A stretch of DNA of 64,000 bases from Candidatus Spongiisociaceae bacterium (GTDB lineage: Bacteria > Actinomycetota > Acidimicrobiia > Spongiisociales > Spongiisociaceae), in assembly GCA_965262915.1 (NCBI GenBank), contig OZ253564.1:3712001-3776000 (forward strand). Reading direction: 5' to 3'. Position 1 is the stretch's first letter; each line of letters begins with the position of its first letter. Below the pieces are notes generated by a model, which searched no databases, was not told the origin of the DNA, and saw only the letters and a list, made by a program, of their open reading frames with translations. Of the stretch, positions 48,956-59,230 are shown in pieces. Both the position numbers and the translations under genes were made by a program.

Positions 48956-50119
48956 TCAGCCGTCGAGCACGATCCATTCGTCGGTCTGATCGACCATGCG
49001 GGTTCCGCCGTCGGGCCCGACCAGCACGTTGTCGGCGATGCTTATGCCGCCCAGCGCCGCGCCCACTTCGGGATCTTCGAAACCGATGGCCGGATGCAGG
49101 TTGATCATCATGTTGTTCTGCATCATCCGCTCTTTGCCGGGAACCCACGGGGGCTCCAGAGAGTCGATGCCGATACCGTGAGCTGTATAGGAGTTGGCGC
49201 CCATCGCCGAATACCCGTAGGCGTCGTAGACCCGATCACGGGCGTCGAGGACGGTGTCGGAGGACTCTCCCGCCTTCATCGCCTGTACGCAGGCCTCGAA
49301 GCTCTCAACCCGCATCTCCCAGAAGGCCTGCTGTTCGGCGGTGGGAGGTTTGAAGCTGTACACCCGGCGCACTTCGACCCAGTAGCCCAAGGGGCCGCCC
49401 CATTCCAGGTCGATCACGATGATGTCGTCCCTTTCGATCACTCCTCTGGTTCCAGGCCCGAAGCACCGGAAAGGAGCCCGTCCCATCAGAGCGATTCCTT
49501 CCATGCAACCCAGCTGGCGGGCGAGCCGGTGGGCCTCCGAGAGCACGTCCACTTCCTGGACTCCGGGACGCAACTCCGCCTCCAGCGCCCTGAACACCCG
49601 GCGCATGATGTTCCCGGTTTCGATGGTGGAGTCGATCTCCTCCTGGCTCTTGATGGACCGCACGTCGTCGAAGAGATCCGTGGCGTCCACCAGGTCGGCG
49701 TTGGGAAGCGCCGCCCGCATACTGTTGTAATCGGCCACGGAGGTTATGTCGGCCAGTCCCACTATTCCGATGGTGCCGCCGGACAGCCCGTGGTCGGAGA
49801 GGACCGCTCCGATTTCCGTGCCGGCGTCGTCGGGTTGGCGGTAGTCGTTGAGCCACCTGCCCTGCATGGCGTACCCGGTGCCCCACAGAGGATCGGTCAC
49901 GAAGGTCGCCTCGCCCTGCATGGGAAGGACCACGAAACCTCGTCCCGCCCACTGGAAGATGTCGCTCACGTACTGGACCCGTCCCCGTACGAACTCGTCG
50001 CCGCGGCTACATATAACGAAGGCGTCCATGCCCGCCGCCGCCATTGCTTTCCGTAAGGCGGCGTACCGTCGGCCACGCTCGGCATCCGAGGTGATGTGGG
50101 TTACGGGAACGTGTGTCAT
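48956..50119 (-). CDS. M24 hydrolase, paralog of 35229-36395
   Basis: Shared ICSRGDEFVRGRVQYVSDIFQWAG and EPPWVPGKER. Confidence 0.85.
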   Translation of the reverse strand: MTHVPVTHITSDAERGRRYAALRKAMAAAGMDAFVICSRGDEFVRGRVQYVSDIFQWAGRGFVVLPMQGEATFVTDPLWGTGYAMQGRWLNDYRQPDDAGTEIGAVLSDHGLSGGTIGIVGLADITSVADYNSMRAALPNADLVDATDLFDDVRSIKSQEEIDSTIETGNIMRRVFRALEAELRPGVQEVDVLSEAHRLARQLGCMEGIALMGRAPFRCFGPGTRGVIERDDIIVIDLEWGGPLGYWVEVRRVYSFKPPTAEQQAFWEMRVESFEACVQAMKAGESSDTVLDARDRVYDAYGYSAMGANSYTAHGIGIDSLEPPWVPGKERMMQNNMMINLHPAIGFEDPEVGAALGGISIADNVLVGPDGGTRMVDQTDEWIVLDG

Positions 50120-50272
50120 GCGCGGGCTCCTAGTCTTGCGGCGCGGGCTTGCGGGGCGATACTAGTTGGGAAGAGAGCAGCGAAAACCATAGGCGGGTAC
50201 CAGCTGCATGAGACCCGCGCAGGCGGGCTCCGATGGCCTGGCGCAATAGCGCGGAGCGGGACACGAGCCCGG

Positions 50273-51079
50273 TCAGGCGCGCCCGAGCACGATCTGTCTC
50301 ATCGTCCACTCGATATTCGACGTCGTGCCGGATCCGTGCGCCTCGACTTCGAGTTCGTCAGCCAACCGGCGGATCGCCCGGGTGCCATACGTGTCGACGA
50401 CGAATCCACGGTCTCGCCATGCCTCCAGGTTGAGCCGGAATACCGCCGCAGCATGCCGGTCCTGTACTGCGAGAGACCGGACGTGGTCGGCCCTCGTCCG
50501 GAGTAGCCCGTGCCCCCGGATCGTCGCCAATGCTGGGCCGACGTAAAGGGTCCTTCCCTCCTCGGTGAGCAGCGAGTCAACGATCTCGATGTAGCGTGAC
50601 AGCACGCGGTTGGTGGTGGTGATCGACTCCACTTCGTCCAGCAGCAGGAGGCCACCTCCGGAGAGTTGCGATACCCACGCGCCGACCACGGCCGCCGGAT
50701 CTCTCAAGTGCGTCGCTACGAACCGCGCGTACACGAGGTCGGCGGGCCCTACGGGGAAGGGGACGATGGTCGCGTCATGCACCAGGTAACGCTCACCTTG
50801 TCTCGCAGTGCGGCGCGCCTCGGCTACGAACACCTCCGAAATGTCCATCCCGACCGTCTGCCGGGGCCTCAGCATGCTGCTGACAAGGCGCGTCGTATAC
50901 CCGGGTCCGCATCCGATGTCCACAGCTAGATCCGGGTTGTGGGGTGCTGCCTCGCTCAGGAAGGCCCGCGAGGACCCGACGAAGATCTCGGCGAGTAGCC
51001 TCAGCCGGTGGGACGCCGCGGTGCTGTCGCCGAACAGGTACCCGGGCTCCCCCCATGGGTTTCCTCGACCTTCAGTCAT
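50273..51079 (-). CDS. Class I SAM-dependent methyltransferase
   Basis: VDIGCGPG, GMDIS, DLVYARF..H, GGLLL. Confidence 0.9.
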   Translation of the reverse strand: MTEGRGNPWGEPGYLFGDSTAASHRLRLLAEIFVGSSRAFLSEAAPHNPDLAVDIGCGPGYTTRLVSSMLRPRQTVGMDISEVFVAEARRTARQGERYLVHDATIVPFPVGPADLVYARFVATHLRDPAAVVGAWVSQLSGGGLLLLDEVESITTTNRVLSRYIEIVDSLLTEEGRTLYVGPALATIRGHGLLRTRADHVRSLAVQDRHAAAVFRLNLEAWRDRGFVVDTYGTRAIRRLADELEVEAHGSGTTSNIEWTMRQIVLGRA

Positions 51080-51188
51080 GTTGCTCGACCTTCAGTCTCC
51101 CGGGCAGGCCTCGACCGTTACTCATCCCAGCAGATCGGGGCTGACGCCTAGCGACGGTTCTGTGCCATTACTATGCTACTGTTATGCC

Positions 51189-51425
51189 ATGACTCGGGTT
51201 CGGATAAGCACCACCGTGAGCGATGACCTGTTGGACCGGTCCCGCGCCGCATTCCCGGGCCTCAACGATGCCCGCCTACTGGACCGGGCGCTGGCCGCGC
51301 TCTGTGCCCAGCACCGCGCCGCCGAGATCGACCGATCATATGAGGTCTACGACACCCTACCGCTCGACACCGAGGACGAGTGGGGCAACGTGGTCCATTT
51401 TCTCGAGTCGGCAGGCACCGCGTGA
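51189..51425 (+). CDS. mazE: Ribbon-helix-helix antitoxin (mycobacterial MazE-like)
   Basis: RISTTV..LL...AEIDRSY..PL...DEWG; likely leaderless (TACTGT-N6-ATG). Confidence 0.75.
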   Translation: MTRVRISTTVSDDLLDRSRAAFPGLNDARLLDRALAALCAQHRAAEIDRSYEVYDTLPLDTEDEWGNVVHFLESAGTA

Positions 51426-51748
51426 GCGGGCTACCGAGACGGGGCGAAGTCTGGTGGTGCGAGGTCCCCGACAAGCAGCGAAGACCGGTAGTCGTGCTGT
51501 CTCGGGATGCGGCCGTCTCCAAGCTACGGAGGGTGATCGCCGCGCCGTGCAGCACGGTGGTCCGCAACCTCGCCACGGAGGTGCGGCTGGAGCCGGGAGA
51601 AGAACCCGTGATGCTTCCGTGCGTCGTGCAACTGGACGCTACGTTCAATGTGTCGGTTGGGAACCTAACGTCCCGGCTCGGCCGGATAAGCGGCGAGCGG
51701 ATGCAGCAGGTGTGCGCGGCGCTGGCCGACGCTCTCGACTGCCGGTAG
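51422..51748 (+). CDS. mazF: PemK/MazF endoribonuclease toxin
   Basis: RRGEVWW, RRPVVVLSRD; GTGA overlap with the antitoxin. Confidence 0.9.
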   Translation: MSGLPRRGEVWWCEVPDKQRRPVVVLSRDAAVSKLRRVIAAPCSTVVRNLATEVRLEPGEEPVMLPCVVQLDATFNVSVGNLTSRLGRISGERMQQVCAALADALDCR

Positions 51749-51972
51749 TCGCACCGCCGACCGAGTCGGCATCCCTCACTCGATGCAGTCCGGTCCCGGG
51801 CGTGTCCCGGAATCCGATCAGAGAACGTCGCCGGTCGATGCTTAGAGCGTGCGCGGATAGGTGGGGAAATCCACCGGTTGGGGTGCCATCTCTACATCGA
51901 ATGAGCGCTGGTCCCGTTCCGCGTCAGAGGGTTTGCCAGATCGGGGAAGCCGGCTGACCTACCGCCATGGAC

Positions 51973-53595
51973 TCAGACGGACGAAGGGATGATGGGGACC
52001 AGCAGATAAGAGGCCTGATCGGCTCCCAGATGGATGGTATGACGTCCACGCCACTGGTCCGAGTTGTCGTGCGAGTAGCGTATGGTCGGGTCGTCTTCCC
52101 AAGGTTGTATGTCGAGCCGCAATCGATGTCCCTTCTTGAACACGTTACACATAGGCAAGATCTCGACCTCGACAAGTGTGGGCTCGCCGGGAACCAAGGG
52201 TTGGATCTCGTCGTGTGGATGGTACGGGCGGAAAGGGAGCGACAGAGCTTGGTCCAACTTCCGGTGAGAGGCCCGGAGCCATCCTCGCGATGCGGGACTG
52301 GGTTGGGCCCAACCGTTGGGAAAGCACACCTCACTTCCGTCCGGTGCGATGTTGCGCACAGCGACGAAGATGTCCATATCGTCGGTTGTCGACGACACGC
52401 TCACCACCAGTTTCATCGGACCCGTGATCTCGACATCCTCAGCAAAGGGAGTCGTCGAGAAGCTTGCCCCCCGTAACTCGTCTGAGCGGGGGCCCTCGGC
52501 CGAGTAGCTCACCTCGCCCGCCGTCTCGGGAGCGTCCGGCGTCAGCCGCCCACAATCTTCCAGGCTCAAGAACAGCTTCGTCCAGCACGTCCGGGCCAGG
52601 GGCCATTCGTGCTCGAAACGCCACTCTTCCTCGTCGGCCGAGGTTCGGATGGCGAGCTTGACCGGAGGCTCCTCCATGAGACCGTTATCGATACCTTTGA
52701 GCCAGTAATCGAAGAAATGAATCTGGTCCAAGCGCGCCTCAAGCCGGTAGAACGGTCCGATGTGGGTGCCCGTGTGCATCCGGAGACGCTTGTGTTCCGA
52801 GGGAGATCGGAAGAACGCCTCGGTGTTGCCCCGCAGGTGGAGACCGGCGCCGCCCCAGTTGCCGGCGCTGAGGAACGGCACGGTGATCTCTTCGAAGCGG
52901 GCAGACCGCTCTCGGTAGTACGGACCGTCCAACTCGTGGTCGCGGATGTCGTCGAAGAACGGTGCGAACTGGTCGCGCCAGCGCCCGGTTTTCTCGCCGA
53001 GTGTCCGCTTGACGACACGACTCCAATACCAGAACGAGAAGAACCCGTCGGCGAAGATCCCCCCTTGATGGGTGGAGTCTCGATACAGGTCCGACCAGCC
53101 CTCCCACGGGATCATCGCCTTAAGTGCCGGCGAGTGGAGCGCAGCCACGTTCCACTGGTTCACTGCAAAGTACGAGATCCCCATAAGACCCACACTGCCA
53201 CTGCACCACGGTTGTGCCGCCACCCATTCGATGGCGTCGTAGTAGTCCAGCGCCTCCTGGGTTGACACGATGTCGCAGAACCCGGGAGAGCGGCCCGAGC
53301 CCCTCATGTCCACCCGTATCTGAACGAAGCCCCGCGGGATCCACCACTCCGGGTTGGCCGATTCCCAATGCATGTACGGGCCACTCTCCTCGGCGGCGTC
53401 GCCGTAGTCGTAGTGCTCGTCTTTGGGATACGGCCCGAAAGTCATGATGGCGGGGAACTCACCTTCATCGTCAGGCCGGAAGACATCGCATTTCAATGCC
53501 AGCCCATCGCGCATCGGAACATCCAGATCCTTCTTGACGATGAGCCCGTATCGGGGTTGAGAGACCGTTGCCGCACTCACCGTGGCCTGGATCAT
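51973..53595 (-). CDS. CocE/NonD family serine hydrolase
   Basis: PMRDG, PYPK, D.RG.G.S, QPWCSG.VG..GISY, GWLRASHR. Confidence 0.92.
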   Translation of the reverse strand: MIQATVSAATVSQPRYGLIVKKDLDVPMRDGLALKCDVFRPDDEGEFPAIMTFGPYPKDEHYDYGDAAEESGPYMHWESANPEWWIPRGFVQIRVDMRGSGRSPGFCDIVSTQEALDYYDAIEWVAAQPWCSGSVGLMGISYFAVNQWNVAALHSPALKAMIPWEGWSDLYRDSTHQGGIFADGFFSFWYWSRVVKRTLGEKTGRWRDQFAPFFDDIRDHELDGPYYRERSARFEEITVPFLSAGNWGGAGLHLRGNTEAFFRSPSEHKRLRMHTGTHIGPFYRLEARLDQIHFFDYWLKGIDNGLMEEPPVKLAIRTSADEEEWRFEHEWPLARTCWTKLFLSLEDCGRLTPDAPETAGEVSYSAEGPRSDELRGASFSTTPFAEDVEITGPMKLVVSVSSTTDDMDIFVAVRNIAPDGSEVCFPNGWAQPSPASRGWLRASHRKLDQALSLPFRPYHPHDEIQPLVPGEPTLVEVEILPMCNVFKKGHRLRLDIQPWEDDPTIRYSHDNSDQWRGRHTIHLGADQASYLLVPIIPSSV

Positions 53596-53805
53596 GGTCT
53601 CCTTGCCTACCTCGCCTGCCCTTCCCGGATTCGACCATCCGGTCCGTCAAGCCAACTTAGCGGAGGAGATTCCATAGCGCCAGGGTGGGTCGGAGTCATC
53701 CGGCATAGGCACGGATCCGACAGGCTGGGCGATGACCATGATTCCACCAGCCGAGAGCAGACGCAGCCACTAGCCCTGATTCACTCATACTGGGGGGTGA
53801 GTCGC

Positions 53806-54130
53806 CTAGGGCGGGTTTGACCCGCCCCGGTTTACCTGGGGCGGGTCACCGTGCACGGGGTGGAAGACACCGTCGATGGTGCATCCGGCTCCGGCGTTCG
53901 GGAACATCTCCTGCCATCCGCCCCGGTGCCCGGACAGCCAGTCGAGGTCGGCTGAATAGTAGACGCCGCCCGCGCCGGTCCTCAGCGGCCATTCAGAGTC
54001 GATCCACGCTAGCCCCTTCATGCCTCCGGGACGGCCCAGCCGGACGATCTCCGCTCCTTTGGCCTGGTCTATCTCCACTTCCAGACGCTTGGTTCCCAGA
54101 CGGATCACTGTCGGCTGCTCGGAGAGGTGA
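53806..54130 (-). pseudogene. N-terminal remnant of an aldose-1-epimerase-like protein
   Basis: GAEIV.L, GGWQEMFPN, HGD and then an abrupt end. Confidence 0.6.
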
Positions 54131-55116
54131 TCTGCTCGGGAAAGTGGCATGCACTCCGCCAGCTGCCGGCCAGCCGGTGCTGGAGGCGGGTTGTCTCGGT
54201 GGCGCACAGTTCCTGCGCCTTCCAGCAACCGATGCGGAAGCGGCAGGCCGACGGAGGTTCGATCGGACTCGGCACCTCTCCGGAAAGCAGGCTGCGGCTT
54301 CGTTCCTCACGGGACACCGGCTCGGGAACCGGCACTGCCGATACCTGCGCCTGGGTGTAGGGATGGGAGGGACGGGAGAAGACCTCGTCACGGAGACCCC
54401 ACTCGACCATCCTCCCCATGTACATCACCGCCACCCTTTCGCATACGTGTCTCACCACGGACAGGTCGTTAGCGATGAATGGGTAGGCCAGCCCCAGCTC
54501 GTTCTTCAGTTCGATCAGCAGGTTGATTATCTGCGCCTGGATGGACATGTCCAGCGCCGAGACCGGCTCGTCCAGGACCAGCAGTTTGGGACGAAGCGCC
54601 AGCGCCCGGGCGATGCTTATCCGCTGCCGCTGACCTCCCGAGAACTCGTGGGGATACTTCTTGACGTCGCCGGGTCGAGCCCCACCAACCCGAGGAGTTC
54701 GGCGATCCGCTCCCGCTCCGGACGGCGTCCCTCGTGAACCAGCAGCGGCTCCGCCACTATCTCCCCCACTTTCATACCGGGATTCAGGGAGGCGAACGGA
54801 TCCTGGAAGACGATCTGCATGTTGCGCCGGATCGGACGCATCTCCCGGCGGCCCAGTTCGGTGATGTCCTGGCCCATGAAAACGATCCGGCCGCTGGTCG
54901 GCGAGAGCAGGCGCAGGATCAGCTTGGCGATAGTCGACTCCCGCACCCCGACTCCCCCACCAACCCCAGGGCCTCCCCCTCCGCGATGGAGAAACTCACC
55001 CCGTCCACTGCCCGCAGCCACCGCCGCCGACCCAACGCCCCTTCCATCTGGACGGGGTAGTGCATCACCACGTCCTCTACGCTCACGAGACCATCGGGTA
55101 CCCCATATGAAGTCAT
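54105..55116 (-). pseudogene. OppF-like ABC ATPase pseudogene
   Basis: 1-bp deletions near 54939 (Walker A Lys codon) and 54669; H-loop reads NDL; no partner subunits nearby. Confidence 0.85.
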
Positions 55117-55267
55117 CGCTCGGCAGACTAGCGCAGTGGACATCGCTGGTACACGCCCCTATACCGGCATCCCTATCGCCACCGATCGCTGTCCACCACC
55201 GTGGATCAGGGCTTCCCGCGCTCCATCAGATCATGCCTCCGGTTGATGCTTGTAGTGTTGACTCCTG

Positions 55268-56023
55268 TCACGTCAACATGACACGGCCGCCGCTGGCTAC
55301 GACTGTCTGGCCGGTGATGTAACTCGCCTCGTCGCTGAGGAGAAAGTTGACGACCGCCGCTATCTCGTCGGGTTGACCGATGCGACCCATCGGGACGGCC
55401 TCGAGCGCCGCGGCGACGAAACCGGCCGGCACCCTGGAGACAGCCTCCGTATCGATCATGCCCGGACACACCGCATTGATACGGAGACCGTGCTGCGCCC
55501 ACGCCCCGGCGCTGGACCGGACCAGGGCCAGCACCCCTGCTTTGGCCACCGAGTAGTGGAGGACTTGCGGCCGAGGCCGCAGCGCTGCGATCGACGAGAT
55601 CATCACGATCCTCCCGTAGCCGCGTCGGATCATCCCGTCCTTGACTGCGTACAGGGCATTGAAGGAACCGTCGAGGTTGACCGACAGCAGCCGCCGCCAC
55701 GACTCCCAGGTCACCTCATCGGCCGGTTCCACGACCGCCAGACCGGCGCAGTGGACCAGAATGTCCAGAGGTCCGAGCGCCTTCCGGGCTGCTTCGGCGA
55801 CTGCGTTCGCCTGGGCCGGATCCGATACGTCCCCCCGGACGAGCAGGGCGCGACCCCCGAACTCCTCTACCTCTTGGCAGGCACGGTGTGCGGCGTCGTC
55901 CTTCGATAGGTAGTTCAGCGCCACATCCGCCCCTTCGGCCGCGAGCCGCAGGCTCACAGCCCGCCCGATCCCGCGGGTACCGCCCGTTACCAACGCGCTG
56001 CGCCCCTGGAACTGCCGGTTCAT
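55268..56023 (-). CDS. Short-chain dehydrogenase/reductase
   Basis: TGGTRGIG, SS, YSVAK, NAVCPG. Confidence 0.93.
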   Translation of the reverse strand: MNRQFQGRSALVTGGTRGIGRAVSLRLAAEGADVALNYLSKDDAAHRACQEVEEFGGRALLVRGDVSDPAQANAVAEAARKALGPLDILVHCAGLAVVEPADEVTWESWRRLLSVNLDGSFNALYAVKDGMIRRGYGRIVMISSIAALRPRPQVLHYSVAKAGVLALVRSSAGAWAQHGLRINAVCPGMIDTEAVSRVPAGFVAAALEAVPMGRIGQPDEIAAVVNFLLSDEASYITGQTVVASGGRVMLT

Positions 56024-56140
56024 GGTGTTCTCCTTCCTCTCGCGAGAGGACGCCGCTCGACGCTCGGGTGGGCTACCGGAGCCAGGCCCGCCCGTCCATG
56101 CCTGTCCACCTTCGGCCCGCGGGCTTTGCGGCCCGAACGA

Positions 56141-57367
56141 TCATCCGTCCTCGTCCCCGATGGACCATCGAGCCGGACGGACCGGCCCGCCGGACACCCA
56201 ACTCTCCCACAGTGCTTCGACCAGGCCCATCGAGATGGCGCCGTCCTCCAGGGTGGGACCGATCTGTTTGCGGAAGCGGGTGACGATAGCGAAGGCGTGT
56301 AGTTCTTCCAGGTAACCATGCCGGAGCGTCCCGGCGTAGGTATAACCCTGGTTCCAGCCCCAGGACGGTGCGTCGGCGTACCCTCCGAGCACACCGCCCG
56401 CCGGCGACGAACCGATCACCCGCAGCTCCTTGGCGTTGGTGACGATGGCGGTCTGGCCGCCGCTGCCTCCGACCACTATCTCGGTTTCCAGCGCGGCTGC
56501 ATGCGATGTGCAGCCCAGTACGCCCACCGCGCCGCTCGCGAAGGCGAGGCCGGCCGCGAAGCTGAAGGCGTCGCCTCGGGTTCCGAGCCGTGCGGTGACC
56601 TCGGTCACCTCGCCCATCAGGAACCTCATACAGTCGATGAGGTGGATCGCCTGCGATCCGAGGTAGGCCTGTGGCGCGGAGCCAAGCCGGTAGTAATCGT
56701 CGCTCACAGGACCGGGCGCGAACAGACGACCGCTACAGAACAGCCCGTCGCCGAACTCTTCCTCGCGCATCAGATCCTTGAGCAGCCGGATTGCGGTGGT
56801 GTGCCTGAGCATGGTGCCGACCATCCCTGCATGGCCGGCCGCGGCCACCCGGCGGGCGAGTCGTCGCGCCTCCTCGGCCGAAGGCGCCGGGGGCTTCTCG
56901 ACGAACAGGTTCATCCCACGCGCAGCCACCTCGAGACCGAGTTCGTAATGCATGTGCGGCGTACCGACGACTATCACCGCCTCCGGTCGGCACTCGTCCA
57001 GCATCTGCGCGAAGTCGACGTAGGAGGCGTTCGCCCCGAACCGGCGGGCGCAATCGGCGGCCAATCCGGCGTCGAGGTCGCACACTCCGACCATGTCGAA
57101 CGATGGCAGGCGGGCCAGGTTGGGCTGCAACGCCGAGCGGGAGTGGCGTCCGCAACCAACTATCGCGACCCGTACCGGAGAATCGATGAGTCTGCGTTCC
57201 TCGTCCGTGGCGGAACGCACGAAGTCCTCGTATCGACTCTCACCGCCCAAGTACCGGATGAGGGCCGGAGAGAGGCGGGTCGAGGGGCCGGAACGGCCGG
57301 GGGTTTCCTGGCTGTCCGTCTCGCTGATGATCCGACCCGGTGGTCGAGGCCCGGCCTGTGCTCGCAC
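56141..57367 (-). CDS. Gfo/Idh/MocA oxidoreductase (start uncertain)
   Basis: VAIVGCG, FVEKP, IHLID. Confidence 0.88.
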   Translation of the reverse strand: MRAQAGPRPPGRIISETDSQETPGRSGPSTRLSPALIRYLGGESRYEDFVRSATDEERRLIDSPVRVAIVGCGRHSRSALQPNLARLPSFDMVGVCDLDAGLAADCARRFGANASYVDFAQMLDECRPEAVIVVGTPHMHYELGLEVAARGMNLFVEKPPAPSAEEARRLARRVAAAGHAGMVGTMLRHTTAIRLLKDLMREEEFGDGLFCSGRLFAPGPVSDDYYRLGSAPQAYLGSQAIHLIDCMRFLMGEVTEVTARLGTRGDAFSFAAGLAFASGAVGVLGCTSHAAALETEIVVGGSGGQTAIVTNAKELRVIGSSPAGGVLGGYADAPSWGWNQGYTYAGTLRHGYLEELHAFAIVTRFRKQIGPTLEDGAISMGLVEALWESWVSGGPVRPARWSIGDEDG

Positions 57368-57433
57368 GACGCCCAGGGTACCGGTCTACAATCGCCCCAC
57401 CGACAGGAGTGGACTACGGGCGATCCGACTGAC

Positions 57434-59182
57434 ATAACAGCCGCAGCCTCCCTCGTTCGCGCCTTGGAGCGCGAGGGGGTCGACACCGTTTTCGGGCTGG
57501 TCGGCCACGGCAACCTTGCTTTCGTGGATGCCCTCCAGGACAGCGACGCGATCGATTACGTGACGGTGTTCCACGAGCAGGTGGCAGCCCACGCCGCCGA
57601 CGCGTACTTCCGAGCCGGCGGGAGGATCGCGGTCGTGACGACCACCGTGGGACCAGGGTTCACCAACCTGATGACCGGGCTGGGCGATGCCATGCTCGAC
57701 TCGTCCGCCATGGTGGTCATCGCCGGGGGGATGCCGAGCGCCTACGTGGGGAGGGAGCCACTCCAGGAACTCTCCTACTCGATCGACAACGCCCAGCTCG
57801 ATATCGCCCGGCCCCTCACCAAGCGCATCATCCTCGCCACCGGGCCCGCGGAGCTCGCCAACCAGTTCCACCGCGCCGTCCGGTACGCCCTGGCCGGCTG
57901 TCCCGGGCCCGTGGTGCTGCAGGTCCCGCTGGACTTCTTCGGGGATTGGGTGGCGCCGTCGGTGGCGACCCTCCGACCCACCCGGCCCGGACGCAGCGGC
58001 CCCGACTCCGCCGAAGTGGAACGGGCCGCCGACCTGATTGCTCAAGCCGAACGTCCCCTCATATTCGCCGGCGGAGGCTCCATCATCTCGCGCGCCTCGG
58101 CTGCCGTGACCCATCTCGCCGATGAGTTCGGGTTACCCGTCGCCACCACCATGAGCGGGCAGGGCGCCATCGCCGAAGATCACCCCCTGTCGATCGGCTA
58201 CACGGGCGTCGTGGGAACCCGGCCGGGTAACAACGCGGCGAGGAGGGCCGACCTGCTGCTGGCGGTCGGTACCCGTTTCCCTGAGATGGACTGCAACAAC
58301 TGGCGACCGGAGTACTTCACCCCCATCCCGCCCAGCCGGCTGATCCACATCGATATCGACCCGAACCAGATCGGCAAGATCTACCCCACCGATGTCGCCC
58401 TGGTGGGTGACGCCCGCCGCTCCCTCGTGGAGGTCGCCACCGCTCTGTCCGGCCGCCTCGACGGAGGGAACCGGTGGAAGGACTGGCATGCCGAGCTAGC
58501 CCACGAGAAGCAGACCTGGGCGGACGACCTCCACGACGTCCGTACCACGCCCAGCTTCCCTTACGAGCCTGCCTACCTGGGAACCCTGCTGCGCGGGTTG
58601 CTGCCTCCCGAGACCATCCTGGTGACGGGGGTGGGTATCCGCCACGCCATCGGACAGCACTACCCGTTCCTGGAGGAGGGCACCCAGGTGGTGGCCAGCG
58701 GGTTCGGGACGATGGGCCAGGAGGTGGCCGCCCCGATCGGGGTACGGCTGGCCCGCCCGGACGTCCCGGTGGTGGCTCTGGTGGGCGACGGGGCGGTGAT
58801 GGCCTGCCTGGCGGCGCTTCCCACCGCGGCGGCGGCGAACATCGACGTGGTGTGGCTGATCGCCAACAACACCGGCTACGCATCGATCGCCCTCTACCAG
58901 ACCAAGCACTACGGGCGCGACGCCGGCACCTATTTCAAGGACTCGGAAGGGGTCTCCTACGATCTCGACTACGTGGCCTTCGCCCGTTCGTTCGGCGCCC
59001 GGGCCGAGCGGGTCACCGATCCGGACGACTTTCCCGGACTGCTCTCGAAGGCTCTCGAAGAGCGCGGCACCTGGGTGCTCGAACTGCCGGTGACGCCGTA
59101 TCCCCGGATCATCGGATCGGGCCACTGGGACGTGAACGACATCCTGGCGGCCGGTACCGAGAGGGGTCGTGCCGGCACCTGA
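57434..59182 (+). CDS. ThDP-dependent enzyme (AHAS/IolD-like; start uncertain)
   Basis: FGLVGHGN, HEQ, GPG.TN, GDG...NN motifs. Confidence 0.88.
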   Translation: MTAAASLVRALEREGVDTVFGLVGHGNLAFVDALQDSDAIDYVTVFHEQVAAHAADAYFRAGGRIAVVTTTVGPGFTNLMTGLGDAMLDSSAMVVIAGGMPSAYVGREPLQELSYSIDNAQLDIARPLTKRIILATGPAELANQFHRAVRYALAGCPGPVVLQVPLDFFGDWVAPSVATLRPTRPGRSGPDSAEVERAADLIAQAERPLIFAGGGSIISRASAAVTHLADEFGLPVATTMSGQGAIAEDHPLSIGYTGVVGTRPGNNAARRADLLLAVGTRFPEMDCNNWRPEYFTPIPPSRLIHIDIDPNQIGKIYPTDVALVGDARRSLVEVATALSGRLDGGNRWKDWHAELAHEKQTWADDLHDVRTTPSFPYEPAYLGTLLRGLLPPETILVTGVGIRHAIGQHYPFLEEGTQVVASGFGTMGQEVAAPIGVRLARPDVPVVALVGDGAVMACLAALPTAAAANIDVVWLIANNTGYASIALYQTKHYGRDAGTYFKDSEGVSYDLDYVAFARSFGARAERVTDPDDFPGLLSKALEERGTWVLELPVTPYPRIIGSGHWDVNDILAAGTERGRAGT

Positions 59183-59230
59183 GGATCACCGACCGCCGAT
59201 GTACAAGGACCGCTCGAGGAGGGTGTCGCA

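Noticed and set aside
56318-57433. 954-aa ORF as a fusion protein
   Set aside because: The first 370 or so codons are the antisense shadow of the Gfo/Idh/MocA gene in high-GC DNA.
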